NCBI GenBank assembly: GCA_963804085.1
Contig: CAWDOQ010000002.1
Span: 256,001 to 320,000 of the forward strand
DNA: 64,000 nt
Source: Chlamydiia bacterium
Lineage (GTDB): Bacteria > Chlamydiota > Chlamydiia > Chlamydiales > Rhabdochlamydiaceae
Direction: 5' to 3'
The notes under the pieces were generated by a model, which did not search any database, had not been told where the DNA came from, and worked only from the letters and a program-made list of their open reading frames with translations. Within the stretch, counting starts at the first letter, position 1; each line of letters opens with the position of its first letter. Positions 27,595 through 36,664 of the stretch are shown here, in pieces. A program made the position numbers and the translations under genes.

Positions 27595-27689
27595 ACGTGC
27601 CTGTGCCTCTGCCCGTGCCTTTGCCTGATCTTTCTTTTCTCTTCTAATCCGGATCAGGCACGAGCACAGGCAGAGGCACGATATAAGAG
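27595..27689. repeat. Hexamer-periodic palindrome (GTGCCY units), same family as 47599-47689 in inverted orientation
   Basis: gtgcctgtgcctctgcccgtgcctttgcctgatc ... gatcaggcacgagcacaggcagaggcacgatataagag. Confidence 0.85.
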
Positions 27690-27725
27690 GGAATTGTTCA
27701 ACAAAACTTCTTGTTCCGAAAAGTT

Positions 27726-27754
27726 TTGCATTTTTCTTATCACATAAGTAGACT
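27726..27754 (+). promoter_or_regulatory. sigma66/70-type promoter
   Basis: TTGCAT-N17-TAGACT upstream of RBS GGAGGA and ATG 27787. Confidence 0.5.
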
Positions 27755-27786
27755 TCAATCTTTTGCTAACAATGGAGGATTTGTAA

Positions 27787-28518
27787 ATGAAAACATTATG
27801 TACACTAATTGCAATGGTAACTTGCTTGAGCTACGGCTACTCGCAAGATTTTATGACAGAAATCGACCAGAGAGCGGAACAGATCGAAGTAAGCAGCTGG
27901 TCAAGCGACCAAGATGAAGCGGAGCTTCTTTTAGAGTTCTATTCAGCCGAAATTGCTAAATGCGACAGCGATATGCTCGCTAAATACCCAGAACTCGTTT
28001 TCCGAAGAGCAGTCGCTTGGAGCAACACGATAGAGCTAGACGATAATTCTATGACAGACGGTCTAGAACAACTCGGTTTAGTCCAACAAGAGTACACCTT
28101 TGTGCTCAACAACGCAGAACAAGGATCGCGCCTCTACGACGCATGTGCTTTTCAATCGAGCCTCGTTGGTCAGGTTGTGCAATCCAATCCTAGCAGTGTA
28201 GAAGATCTCATTTCTACAGTCTCCCAGTTCCTCGACAACACTCTAAGACAGTGGGCCCCCAACTCTATGGCCTCCGGTACAGAGCTGCGCCAAGAGGTAC
28301 TCGCAAACTTAAACAACGATCCCGATCTGATGAGCTCATTCTGCGATTTCGTGCTTAGATCAGAAGATGATCCTCGTATCTCTTTAGGCTACATCCAACC
28401 GATCCAAGTAGTAGTTACTGGACTCTCCGATGACGTAGGTCCTACAACGCTTGATTACGAGATCACCTATACCACCGACAACGGTAACGGATCTGTCTCA
28501 ATCGAAGGCGGACTTTAA
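27787..28518 (+). CDS. Hypothetical acidic exported protein
   Basis: Signal peptide MKTLCTLIAMVTCLSYGYS; own promoter, RBS and terminator. Confidence 0.8.
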   Translation: MKTLCTLIAMVTCLSYGYSQDFMTEIDQRAEQIEVSSWSSDQDEAELLLEFYSAEIAKCDSDMLAKYPELVFRRAVAWSNTIELDDNSMTDGLEQLGLVQQEYTFVLNNAEQGSRLYDACAFQSSLVGQVVQSNPSSVEDLISTVSQFLDNTLRQWAPNSMASGTELRQEVLANLNNDPDLMSSFCDFVLRSEDDPRISLGYIQPIQVVVTGLSDDVGPTTLDYEITYTTDNGNGSVSIEGGL

Positions 28519-28567
28519 ACTGTTCCCTTTGCGTCTTTTAAGTTTTCATCTTAAAAGAGATCAAAGC

Positions 28568-28598
28568 AAAAACACCTGCCATGGCAGGTGTTTTTTTC
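28568..28598 (+). terminator. Intrinsic (likely bidirectional) terminator
   Basis: aaaaacacctgcc-at-ggcaggtgttttttt. Confidence 0.85.
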
Positions 28599-28902
28599 TT
28601 TTAGAAGCAATACAAAAGAGGACTTAAGATTTTTGAACCGCGAAAGCGGTGCTTAGCTCCGAAGCGTTGCGGCAAGGAACCGCTTACGTAGCTTTTTACT
28701 AGTTTGGTTACGATTGTTCCGCCGTATTCTTAACCGCGAAGCGGCGATTTGCGGCGTAAGCGGCTACAGGTTCTAGGCGTGTGTCACGAAGAAACCCTAT
28801 GAACGATAAGCCAAATTCCAAGCCATGCAAGTGAGGAGATTTTTCTCTTTCGCCACTTGCGTGGCTCTATTTTGGAGAGATGCACGCTGGTTCTCTTGTT
28901 TC

Positions 28903-29700
28903 TCAAACCAGTGACTGTTCTCTTCGGGAGTGTGTGGCATTCCATCGGCCCAGTACAATCCCCAATTGATTGAACCCGTTTAATGTCGCCGCCCACAAAA
29001 GGCAAATCTCAGATTGCCTTGCAAGCTCGGATGCAATTGCAACCTTTTCTTGTTCGATAAAGCGCGGAACAGAAAATGTACGCGATTTTGCTATCTCGTT
29101 AAATTGCACAAGCCGCACAGCATTGGAGGCGGCTTCCGCCTTCTGCTTTTTATGCAGCTCGGCTAAAGATGCGCTAGGATGCGTTTCTGGATTTAAGGAC
29201 TTCTCGGTGATGATCGCACGAAAGCGAAGTGAAACAGCTTCACACGCAATACTCTTCTCCATGATTTTTAAAAGATTGGGGAGTGGATCCCTTGCTGCTG
29301 CCACTTTTTCTTCTGTAGTGAAAAATGCGTCATATGCTTCTATCGCAATGGCCAAAAGATCCGAATAATAGATTTCCAGCACAAGGATCTGCGCCCGAAT
29401 AAAGGAAGAGTGCTAATAGCCCTCTCATCCATTTTTCTCGGAGGGCAGGAACAGTTTCTTCTTCGATAGATATTTTTAGACCTACCATCCTGTTCCAATA
29501 TCTTGCATAGGTGACTTTGCGGTTATCTTCTATCCTCTCCGCAGCCGTAACGCGTCTATCTAGCGACTCTGCCGCATCTGCGAGTTCTTTCCAGGCCTGT
29601 TCAAAATCTGTCTCGCAGGATAGACAGTTACGCGCATCTTGACCAGGACAACTACACTTTGCGCAAGGCTTAAGTGTGAACAGACGCGCGCCTGCAATTC
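28903..29700 (-). pseudogene. Fragmented hypothetical gene (two overlapping ORF pieces)
   Basis: The tail of ORF 29330-29818 and ORF 28903-29382 overlap in different frames near 29380; no recognised domain. Confidence 0.35.
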
Positions 29701-29709
29701 TGAATTGCG

Positions 29710-30213
29710 TATGATTACGAACAGCCGATTTGCTAGCGGCATAAGCTGCAGCTCCTGGAATTCCCACCAATCCGGATCGTGAGGAGATGTTGATAATGGA
29801 ACCTTTTCCTTGTTTCATAACTTGTACAGCCTTTTGACACCAAGAAAAACGCCATCCGAATTGACAGCATGTACTTTTCTCCAGCTTTCAAGAGAGGCGT
29901 GCTAAGGATCCTGCAAACCAAAGCCTTTTCGAAACTCGGTAATGCCCGTATTATTCACAAAAATATCAAGCTCTTTTTGTTCTTCATGGATTACTTTAAT
30001 TGCTTGCTCCCAATCCTTTTCAATCTGCACATCTAGATGTAGATATCGCGCTTTAGATCCTATATTTTTTACAGTATCTTTTCCCAATTGGTCGTTGATG
30101 TCCGAAAGAAAAACATACGCCCCTTCCTAGACAAATAACTCAGCACACGCTTTTCCAATACCTTGGGCTCCTCCAGTTATAAGAGCCGTTTTACTTGTAA
30201 GTCTTCCCGCCAT
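29710..30213 (-). pseudogene. Short-chain dehydrogenase/reductase pseudogene
   Basis: [24 protein letters not shown] and YAASK motifs, with in-frame TAG stops (30128, 29902), a frameshift and 3' truncation. Confidence 0.88.
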
Positions 30214-30323
30214 ATTCTCCTCCAAATGATGAAGAACAAATACCGGCACATTTGCTTTTGGCAACTCTTTTTTGCAAGCTTGGCTTCACCTTTGTTGCTG
30301 TTTGTTGTACGATGGTGTAATCC

Positions 30324-31115
30324 ATGACAAAACAAGAAGAGATCATAAGTTATCTAAGAACGCTACGCGAGCAGATTATCGCTGCATTTCAAGCGTTTGA
30401 GACGCGTGGCCACTTTGAACGAAAAAAATGGGAGTACCAAAAGGGGAGCGGTGGTGGAGAGATGGCGGTGCTTCGCGGAGAGGTCTTTGAAAAAGCTGCG
30501 GTGAACTTCTCCAGTATCACGGGCGCAAGCTTTCCGATGGAGGATGGATCGGGTCCTTTCTTTGCGACAGGCATCAGCCTCATCACCCACATGAGCAACC
30601 CACATGCGCCGACTGTGCATATGAACTTGCGCTACATCGAGACGGAGAAGCGCTTTTGGTTCGGCGGTGGATATGACCTTACGCCGATGGGCTTTCCCTA
30701 CGACGAAGACACCGAGCATTTTCATAGAGTGGCTCGCAAGTCTCTAGATCCCTTTGGGCAAGAGATCTATCCTCAATTTTCACAAAATGCCGCCACCTAT
30801 TTCTTCATCCCTCATTATCAAAAAGAGCGAGGCGTTGGAGGCATCTTCTTCGACCACTTTCACACAGATAACCCAACACAGGATCTTGCTCTCTGGCAAG
30901 CTGTCGGCAACCACTTTCTAGATGCGATTATTCCCATCTACCAAAAGCGCATCGCCACCCCCTTCACGCCCGAAGAAAAAGCGATCCAGCTTCGCGCGCG
31001 CTCCCACTACGTCGAGTTCAATCTTCTCTACGATCGCGGCACCCAATTCGGCTTCCGCTCCGGCGGCAATCCCGAAGCGATCCTCTGCTCCATGCCCCCT
31101 CTCGCCAGCTGGTAA
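30324..31115 (+). CDS. hemF: Oxygen-dependent coproporphyrinogen III oxidase
   Basis: FEKAAVNFS, PTVHMNLRY, WFGGGYDLTP, YVEFNLLYDRGT. Confidence 0.96.
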   Translation: MTKQEEIISYLRTLREQIIAAFQAFETRGHFERKKWEYQKGSGGGEMAVLRGEVFEKAAVNFSSITGASFPMEDGSGPFFATGISLITHMSNPHAPTVHMNLRYIETEKRFWFGGGYDLTPMGFPYDEDTEHFHRVARKSLDPFGQEIYPQFSQNAATYFFIPHYQKERGVGGIFFDHFHTDNPTQDLALWQAVGNHFLDAIIPIYQKRIATPFTPEEKAIQLRARSHYVEFNLLYDRGTQFGFRSGGNPEAILCSMPPLASW

Positions 31116-31120
31116 GACAG

Positions 31121-31403
31121 ATGCTTAAAAATGTTAAAAATGGTGTTCTTCTTCCTGTCAAAGTCATTCCCGGGCGCTTCTTTTAATACCGTTGTCGGAT
31201 GGGAAAATGAAGAGCTCAAAGTACGCCTCACTGCAGTACCCGAAAAAGGAAAAGCCAACGACGCGCTCATCGCTTTTCTTGCCAAGCTCTGGAAGTTGCC
31301 CAAAAGCGCTTTTTCAATTGAATCGGGAAAAACCAGCCGCCATAAAAAACTCCTCATCCACGGGGTCTCCATCGACATGGTCTTGCACTGGCTTGATTCT
31401 TGA
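31121..31403 (+). CDS. DUF167/YggU family protein (1-nt frameshift at CCCGGG 31169-31174)
   Basis: MLKNVKNGVLLPVKVIP from ATG 31121 joins GASFNTVVGW..LKVRLTAVPEKGKANDALI..GKTSRHK. Confidence 0.85.
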
Positions 31404-31458
31404 TTAATATTTTTACTTGGCATAACTTCTTGCCAAAATTTTTAGGACAGGAGGGGAT

Positions 31459-32184
31459 ATGAGCAATCAGCAACTAACATTGGAGGGAACTAAGTCGTCT
31501 TTCGAAGAGTTAAAGAAGATCAACCAGCATGGGGTGGAGTATTGGAGCGCACGCGAGCTACAAGAATTGCTAGGATATTCCCAGTGGAGACGCTTTGAGG
31601 ATGCGATTAAAAGAGCAAAAGAGTCGTGCAAACAATCAGGAAATGATCCCAAAAACCATTTTGCCGGCACCGGCAAAATGGTTAAAGATTGCCACCTCTC
31701 TCGCTTTGCTTGTTACCTCATCATCCAGAATGGCGATCCGCGCAAACCGGAAATCGCTCATGCTCAAAAGTACTTTGCCATGCAGACCCGCCGGTTAGAG
31801 CTCTCTAACGAGATGGCCTTCGGCATCTTGCACGACGCTGGCTGCAAAGGCCTCTATGGCGGCCTTGCAGCGGATGCCATCAAAGCGCGCAAAGGAATCC
31901 ACGTCAAAGAACAGCTAACGGATCGAATGGACAGGACAGAACTGGCAGCTAATCAGTTCCTGATGTCCCAAGCACGAGAAAAACTCAAACAGGAAAATAT
32001 CCACAGCCCAAAAGAGGCAATTCAGACATACGAAGCGGTAGGGAAAGAAGTCCGTTCTGCCATCGCCAAAATCGGCGGCACTCCTCCGGAAAACATCCCT
32101 CCTACTGAGCCCATCAAAAACGTCGAGAAACATTTGAAAAAGTCAAAGCCTCGGTTAGAGATCAAAAAGAGCCTTCCCGAATAA
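31459..32184 (+). CDS. dinD: DNA damage-inducible protein DinD family (shortened)
   Basis: EYWSARELQELLGY, HLSRFACYLIIQNGDPRK, ELAANQF, VGKEVRSAIAKIGGTPPE. Confidence 0.8.
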   Translation: MSNQQLTLEGTKSSFEELKKINQHGVEYWSARELQELLGYSQWRRFEDAIKRAKESCKQSGNDPKNHFAGTGKMVKDCHLSRFACYLIIQNGDPRKPEIAHAQKYFAMQTRRLELSNEMAFGILHDAGCKGLYGGLAADAIKARKGIHVKEQLTDRMDRTELAANQFLMSQAREKLKQENIHSPKEAIQTYEAVGKEVRSAIAKIGGTPPENIPPTEPIKNVEKHLKKSKPRLEIKKSLPE

Positions 32185-32207
32185 CTACGATGTGTCCTCA
32201 ACAAAAT

Positions 32208-32603
32208 TTAACGTCCTTTAGCTACCATACTCAATTTAGGACTATATTCGTTTGAATAGTAAACATTTACACGAGCTCTTCGGTTGCGAGGTTTAGATCT
32301 CACAACAATGTCCACATCTTTTCCAAGTTCATTGAGGAAATACATCAACCGTTCAACTGAGTATCCTCTAAAATGACCTCTCAATAGATCAGATAGTTTA
32401 GGTTGAGAAATTCCAAGGATCGCGGCAGCATCTGTTTGCGTTAGGTTTTTCTTTTTAATCGCTTTGCTAATTTCCATTACTAGGGTGGATTTTGTTGCCA
32501 TCTCTTCATGCTTTTTATACCCCAGTTGCTTATACACGCTACCAGAACCTATTTCGACCCTGGTATCGGCCATTTCTTCTTCGTGTGATCTTCGTTTTTT
32601 CAT
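32208..32603 (-). CDS. XRE/HTH_37 antitoxin
   Basis: GSGSVYKQLG, LTQTDAAAILGISQPKLSDLLRG, YSVERL. Confidence 0.88.
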   Translation of the reverse strand: MKKRRSHEEEMADTRVEIGSGSVYKQLGYKKHEEMATKSTLVMEISKAIKKKNLTQTDAAAILGISQPKLSDLLRGHFRGYSVERLMYFLNELGKDVDIVVRSKPRNRRARVNVYYSNEYSPKLSMVAKGR

Positions 32604-32968
32604 AACTTTCTCCTCAGCAACCACGCTTCGTACTCTTGCTCTGCAAGTTTCAGGCGATTTTTAATTAGCTCTATATCTTGTTTAGATGTTTTTATTCCAT
32701 GTTTCGATTTTTTTTGAAACACGTGCAACACAGCGATAACTTCCTTAAACTTGACGGTGTAAACAGCGCGATAAGTGCCGCCCACATTGTACTCCACAAT
32801 TTCCAAAACAGCCGCACCGCCGAATCCTTTCAAGGGTTTTGCTTTCTCGCTCTTTTCTCCTACCTGGGCTTGATGAAGTGCGTAACCTATTTCATCCATA
32901 GCCCCATCAGTTAGAGATTCAAGATCACGTTTAGACGAGGCTACCCAGATGATCGGCTTTACTTCCAT
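32600..32968 (-). CDS. Gp49-like RelE/ParE-superfamily toxin
   Basis: KPLKGFGGAAVLEIV, TYRAVYTVKF, VLHVFQKKS; sits upstream of the HTH gene (HigBA-type order). Confidence 0.88.
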   Translation of the reverse strand: MEVKPIIWVASSKRDLESLTDGAMDEIGYALHQAQVGEKSEKAKPLKGFGGAAVLEIVEYNVGGTYRAVYTVKFKEVIAVLHVFQKKSKHGIKTSKQDIELIKNRLKLAEQEYEAWLLRRKL

Positions 32969-32992
32969 AATTACGACTCCTGCTCTATTAGA

Positions 32993-33012
32993 TATACCCA
33001 ATATGGGGGATA
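32993..33012. promoter_or_regulatory. Imperfect palindrome, candidate toxin-antitoxin operator
   Basis: TATACCCAATATGGGGGATA, 16 of 20 positions self-complementary. Confidence 0.45.
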
Positions 33013-33123
33013 ATTTCAAGCATTAGATGAGATGGTCTGTGTAAAGATCAACGGGGCTGGCTAAGCCATGCGACTTAATATTTTGATTGCCAATGTCTTA
33101 AGTCGAGACAACTACAACCCAAA

Positions 33124-33154
33124 TTCAGTTGTACGGTGTTTCCGTACAACTGAA
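33124..33154. terminator. 13-bp hairpin downstream of the MFS gene
   Basis: ttcagttgtacgg-tgttt-ccgtacaactgaa; weak U tract. Confidence 0.5.
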
Positions 33155-33165
33155 GTGCGCATCTT

Positions 33166-34461
33166 TTATTGCAACGAGGTCTGGTAGCTGGGCTTGCAAT
33201 GCGTCTCTTTAACCTTCCGCAAGGTCAAAAGCGCAATGACCAGATATGCCGGTAGAGTTAAGAAGGCTGCCTTGTAAGCTGTCACCGAAAACACTCTTGC
33301 TCCATCGACTAATTTTCCATCCCAACCCAAATCTAGTAACTTGCCGGTTAGGGGATCAGAAAATGCTCCCAGAAATGCATCGAAGGCGTTCATAAAGCCG
33401 ATCGCCGTCGCTGCAAGTAGAGGCAAGTTAATCTCGCGGATCATCGTAAAACAGAGCAGAAAGCTGCTGATCGAAAATCCGAACATGAAAAGCAAGAGTG
33501 CCACCATGTACGTAGAAACCATAGGCATGTAAATGACCGCGGATAGCGCAAGAAACGCACCCACTGTTCCCCACAGCATGACGCTCTGTCTTTGGCCGAG
33601 TCTGTCTGAAAGCCAACCAAAGACGGGCGCGCCGACTGCAAAACCGATGAAGATCAGCGACACCATCTGTGCGGAGAGGTTGTGGGATAGCTCAAATGTT
33701 TCTGAAACAAATGAGACTCCCCAAAGACCACCAAAGACCATCACAGGTGCGAAAGCAAAACCGCTATAGATCGAAAGCCACCAAGACTGTGGATTTTTTA
33801 GAATGAGTTTCATGCTGTCTAAAAATGGGAGCCTAGGTGTTTCGCTCTCGCCTACATTAACATCGCCTTCTCTTCTGTCGCGCACAAGAAGCCAGAAGAG
33901 TGCTGCTAAGGCAAACCCTCCCACGCCAATCACTTCCATCGCATGGCGCCACTCCATCTTTTGAATGAATGCGGCCAAAGGTGCTTGCCCTCCTACGGCA
34001 CCCAGCATAGCCATGGTCATCATAAGACCTGCCATGAAAGCAAAGTGTCTCAAGGGAAACCAGTTGGCGATCAGCTTTAAACAACTGACCGCTGCGAAAG
34101 CCGCGCCCGCTCCTGTTAAAAAGCGTCCGAGACTTGCAGTAAGCAGCGAATCGGCTCCAGCAAAAAGGAAGCTCCCCACAGCACATAACGCGATGGCAAG
34201 TGTTGTGGTTTTTCTGGGCCCAAATCTATCCAAAAGCAGCCCTGCGGGAATTTGCAAGAGCAAGTAGGCGTAGAAGTAGGAAGCGGTTAGATTTCCTAGC
34301 TCTACACCACCAATATGAAATGTTCTCATCAAAGTCGAGGTCATCACACTAGGAGAGACCTCTATCGCATACTTGTAGAACATGAACGCAGCGCTAAGCA
34401 GCCAAATGGTCCATGCGCGTACAGGATATGCTAGTTTTTCGAGACTGATTGCTTTTGTCAT
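33166..34461 (-). CDS. MFS transporter, Pht (phagosomal nutrient transporter)-like
   Basis: FMFYKYAIEVSPSVM, YAYLLLQIPAGLLLDRFGPRK, GWLSDRLGQR; 12 TM. Confidence 0.88.
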   Translation of the reverse strand: MTKAISLEKLAYPVRAWTIWLLSAAFMFYKYAIEVSPSVMTSTLMRTFHIGGVELGNLTASYFYAYLLLQIPAGLLLDRFGPRKTTTLAIALCAVGSFLFAGADSLLTASLGRFLTGAGAAFAAVSCLKLIANWFPLRHFAFMAGLMMTMAMLGAVGGQAPLAAFIQKMEWRHAMEVIGVGGFALAALFWLLVRDRREGDVNVGESETPRLPFLDSMKLILKNPQSWWLSIYSGFAFAPVMVFGGLWGVSFVSETFELSHNLSAQMVSLIFIGFAVGAPVFGWLSDRLGQRQSVMLWGTVGAFLALSAVIYMPMVSTYMVALLLFMFGFSISSFLLCFTMIREINLPLLAATAIGFMNAFDAFLGAFSDPLTGKLLDLGWDGKLVDGARVFSVTAYKAAFLTLPAYLVIALLTLRKVKETHCKPSYQTSLQ

Positions 34462-35207
34462 AGTTTCTCCTTTTGCATGGTGGCTTTACCAACTTCTGTC
34501 AGAAAATAATAGCACATACCAAAACCTCCGTTAGCGCGAGCCTTGCGAAGAGCTCCCCATGTCAATTGTCGCCAGTTATCGATAAGGAGTCCGCTTTGCC
34601 AGCGCGTGAGAGCTGTATTTTGGGAATGTCCCGCAAGACTTCCAGCAGCAGATGATGTAAAAACTGTTAAATATTCGACAAGCTTGTTGTTGCCAAACTT
34701 TCGTTTGGCAATGGGAGCCAATCGATCGCCAGCAGCCATACCGAGAACAAAAAAGGTCTCTTGACCCATAATCGCAAGGCCCTGCTTTGCTGAGAATCTG
34801 CGAAGAGACTCCAGAACACTCCAACCCATTGTTTGGCCATTAAAGACCGCTAAAACAGGCGCAGAAACAGCCCCTACCACTGCAGAGCTTGCCAGCATGG
34901 ATGGCAAACTTTTGTTGTTCGACTCTCCAACGATAGTTTTCTCTACAGCGTTTTGAACAACCATTTGTGTGCCCACGATAGCACCGACGGTCGGAGCGGC
35001 CTTCAACCCCTCTTGCATTCCCTTGAGCAGGGTCATTTTAGGAACTGGCATTCCTCTTTGTAATGCGCTCTTAGCGATCATATCCCGAAAAACAGGAACG
35101 ATGGCGAATGATGCCGCAAATGGTGGCACCAAATAAGGTGCATATGAGGGCCAAACCTTCTGAGAAGGCTGCTCATTTGGAGCAGCAGATGACGTAGATG
35201 CTGACAT
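34458..35207 (-). CDS. Membrane protein with degenerate mitochondrial-carrier-like repeats
   Basis: Three helix-Pro-type segments (VPVFRDMIAK, SAPVLAVFNG, GHSQNTALTRWQ); Ser-rich N-terminus; ATGA overlap with the MFS gene. Confidence 0.5.
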   Translation of the reverse strand: MSASTSSAAPNEQPSQKVWPSYAPYLVPPFAASFAIVPVFRDMIAKSALQRGMPVPKMTLLKGMQEGLKAAPTVGAIVGTQMVVQNAVEKTIVGESNNKSLPSMLASSAVVGAVSAPVLAVFNGQTMGWSVLESLRRFSAKQGLAIMGQETFFVLGMAAGDRLAPIAKRKFGNNKLVEYLTVFTSSAAGSLAGHSQNTALTRWQSGLLIDNWRQLTWGALRKARANGGFGMCYYFLTEVGKATMQKEKL

Positions 35208-35299
35208 AAAAAATCCTTGGTTTAAAGTTTTAAATCACAGATCTTCCTAGACCTGGAGTACGAACAAAAAAATGTGAGAGAAATCAAGTGTTAATCCGC

Positions 35300-35422
35300 C
35301 TAGAGGCGGATACGAATAGAAATGACGCGAAGGTTTTGGACAACAAAAGCCGCAGGAGAGCAGGTAGAACCCGCTTCCATAACCTCGCAAAGAGAGTGAG
35401 ATTTTAAGCTATTTGTTTTCAT
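35300..35422 (-). promoter_or_regulatory. Candidate leader peptide (40 aa) with a hairpin over its stop codon
   Basis: MKTNSLKSHSLCEVMEAGSTCSPAAFVVQNLRVISIRIRL*; ATCCGCC-tcta-GGCGGAT at 35294-35311. Confidence 0.55.
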
Positions 35423-35494
35423 GGCGTCTATTCTAATGAATAAGGCTATTATTTATCAATAAATAATAAGGCGCTCATTATCAGATAGTTCAGT

Positions 35495-36484
35495 TTAGAA
35501 GGGGCTGGTGCTTCTGAGTCCTTTGAAGGGTGAGACCACGTAGTCCGTGATGCTTTCGAGGACTCCGTTTGGGAAATTTGCTGCGATAGCCATCCGAATT
35601 TCTAAACGGATCAGCTCGGTGACAGTGGGATTTTTGTTGATCTCAGAGATGACGCTTGGCAATGAAGAGTGTCTTTGTTTCATTCGCTCGATGAGATCTG
35701 CCTTGGTCTTACGCATAAAGGCGAGTGCATGCGGATCATATGAAGGATCGAGATTCTTCGGGATCAGACCTTTTGTTTTATTATAAACAGTGCGCACTTC
35801 TTTCCAAATTAGCTCTGTAGGGCAGCTCCTCGCTGAGGGCAAAATTTTCTCGATCTTTTCAACTCCGAAACGGTCCATATAAGCGACAAAGTCTCTGCAC
35901 TCCTTAATTTTGCTCGCAGGACAGCTCAGCCGGAAATAGGGGTCTACAACAACACCTGTTTTACAAGCAGAGAGCGTGTCTATAAGTTTCCAATCATGTT
36001 TGTTGCACAGCGCTATGAGCCGTTCAGCAGCCACTCCCAAAATAACAAATTCGTGACCATCACGCTCACCATCGCAGGATATTGTCACGAATCTCCGATT
36101 AGCTTCGCTGACTTTTAATGCCGTTAACTCTGTTTTTTCTTGGCACTCCCCTACTCCGAAATGGGTGGTTGCAATAAAGTCGGCAGTCTGAGGAGATGTC
36201 AAGCCATGATGAGGGACTTTTTGCCGGGTTGTTCGCACTGCGTGAAGCCTTTCAAGATACTCCAGGTACTCTAAATAAGTGGGGCCAAACTCTTTGTACC
36301 GTGCCTCGTGTTGATCCTTTGGTATGCGGCCAATCGCTACTCTTGAGATGATATCATGACTTGAAACCGCCGTCTGGTTCACCTCTTGGACGACCCTCTC
36401 TCCTAAAGCCAGATCCTCCGGAGCAAAAGTCGGCTCAAAAGTGCGAGTTTTGCAACAACTCCTAAAACAATTTATAAAGAACAT
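35495..36484 (-). CDS. Putative effector with a Cys-His-Asp triad
   Basis: GVGECQE, GHEFVILG, VVVDPYF; N-terminus MFFINCFRSCCK. Confidence 0.6.
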   Translation of the reverse strand: MFFINCFRSCCKTRTFEPTFAPEDLALGERVVQEVNQTAVSSHDIISRVAIGRIPKDQHEARYKEFGPTYLEYLEYLERLHAVRTTRQKVPHHGLTSPQTADFIATTHFGVGECQEKTELTALKVSEANRRFVTISCDGERDGHEFVILGVAAERLIALCNKHDWKLIDTLSACKTGVVVDPYFRLSCPASKIKECRDFVAYMDRFGVEKIEKILPSARSCPTELIWKEVRTVYNKTKGLIPKNLDPSYDPHALAFMRKTKADLIERMKQRHSSLPSVISEINKNPTVTELIRLEIRMAIAANFPNGVLESITDYVVSPFKGLRSTSPF

Positions 36485-36664
36485 AAAAACCCCAAATTTA
36501 GAGAAAGAATGATAATAAAATCATTTAATAAATTCAATCTAAATAAGTATGTGTATTAATAGATATTTGAAAAACAGACAGAGCGCTAGCTCTGTCATTA
36601 GGCTTTGATTGAAGCGACTACCTTCCTATCGTCAAAATGGCATACAAGCGCTCTAAAAACACTA

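Noticed and set aside
35208-35420. Leader as a known riboswitch or T-box
   Set aside because: No recognisable SAM, TPP, FMN or T-box consensus; the uORF model fits better.
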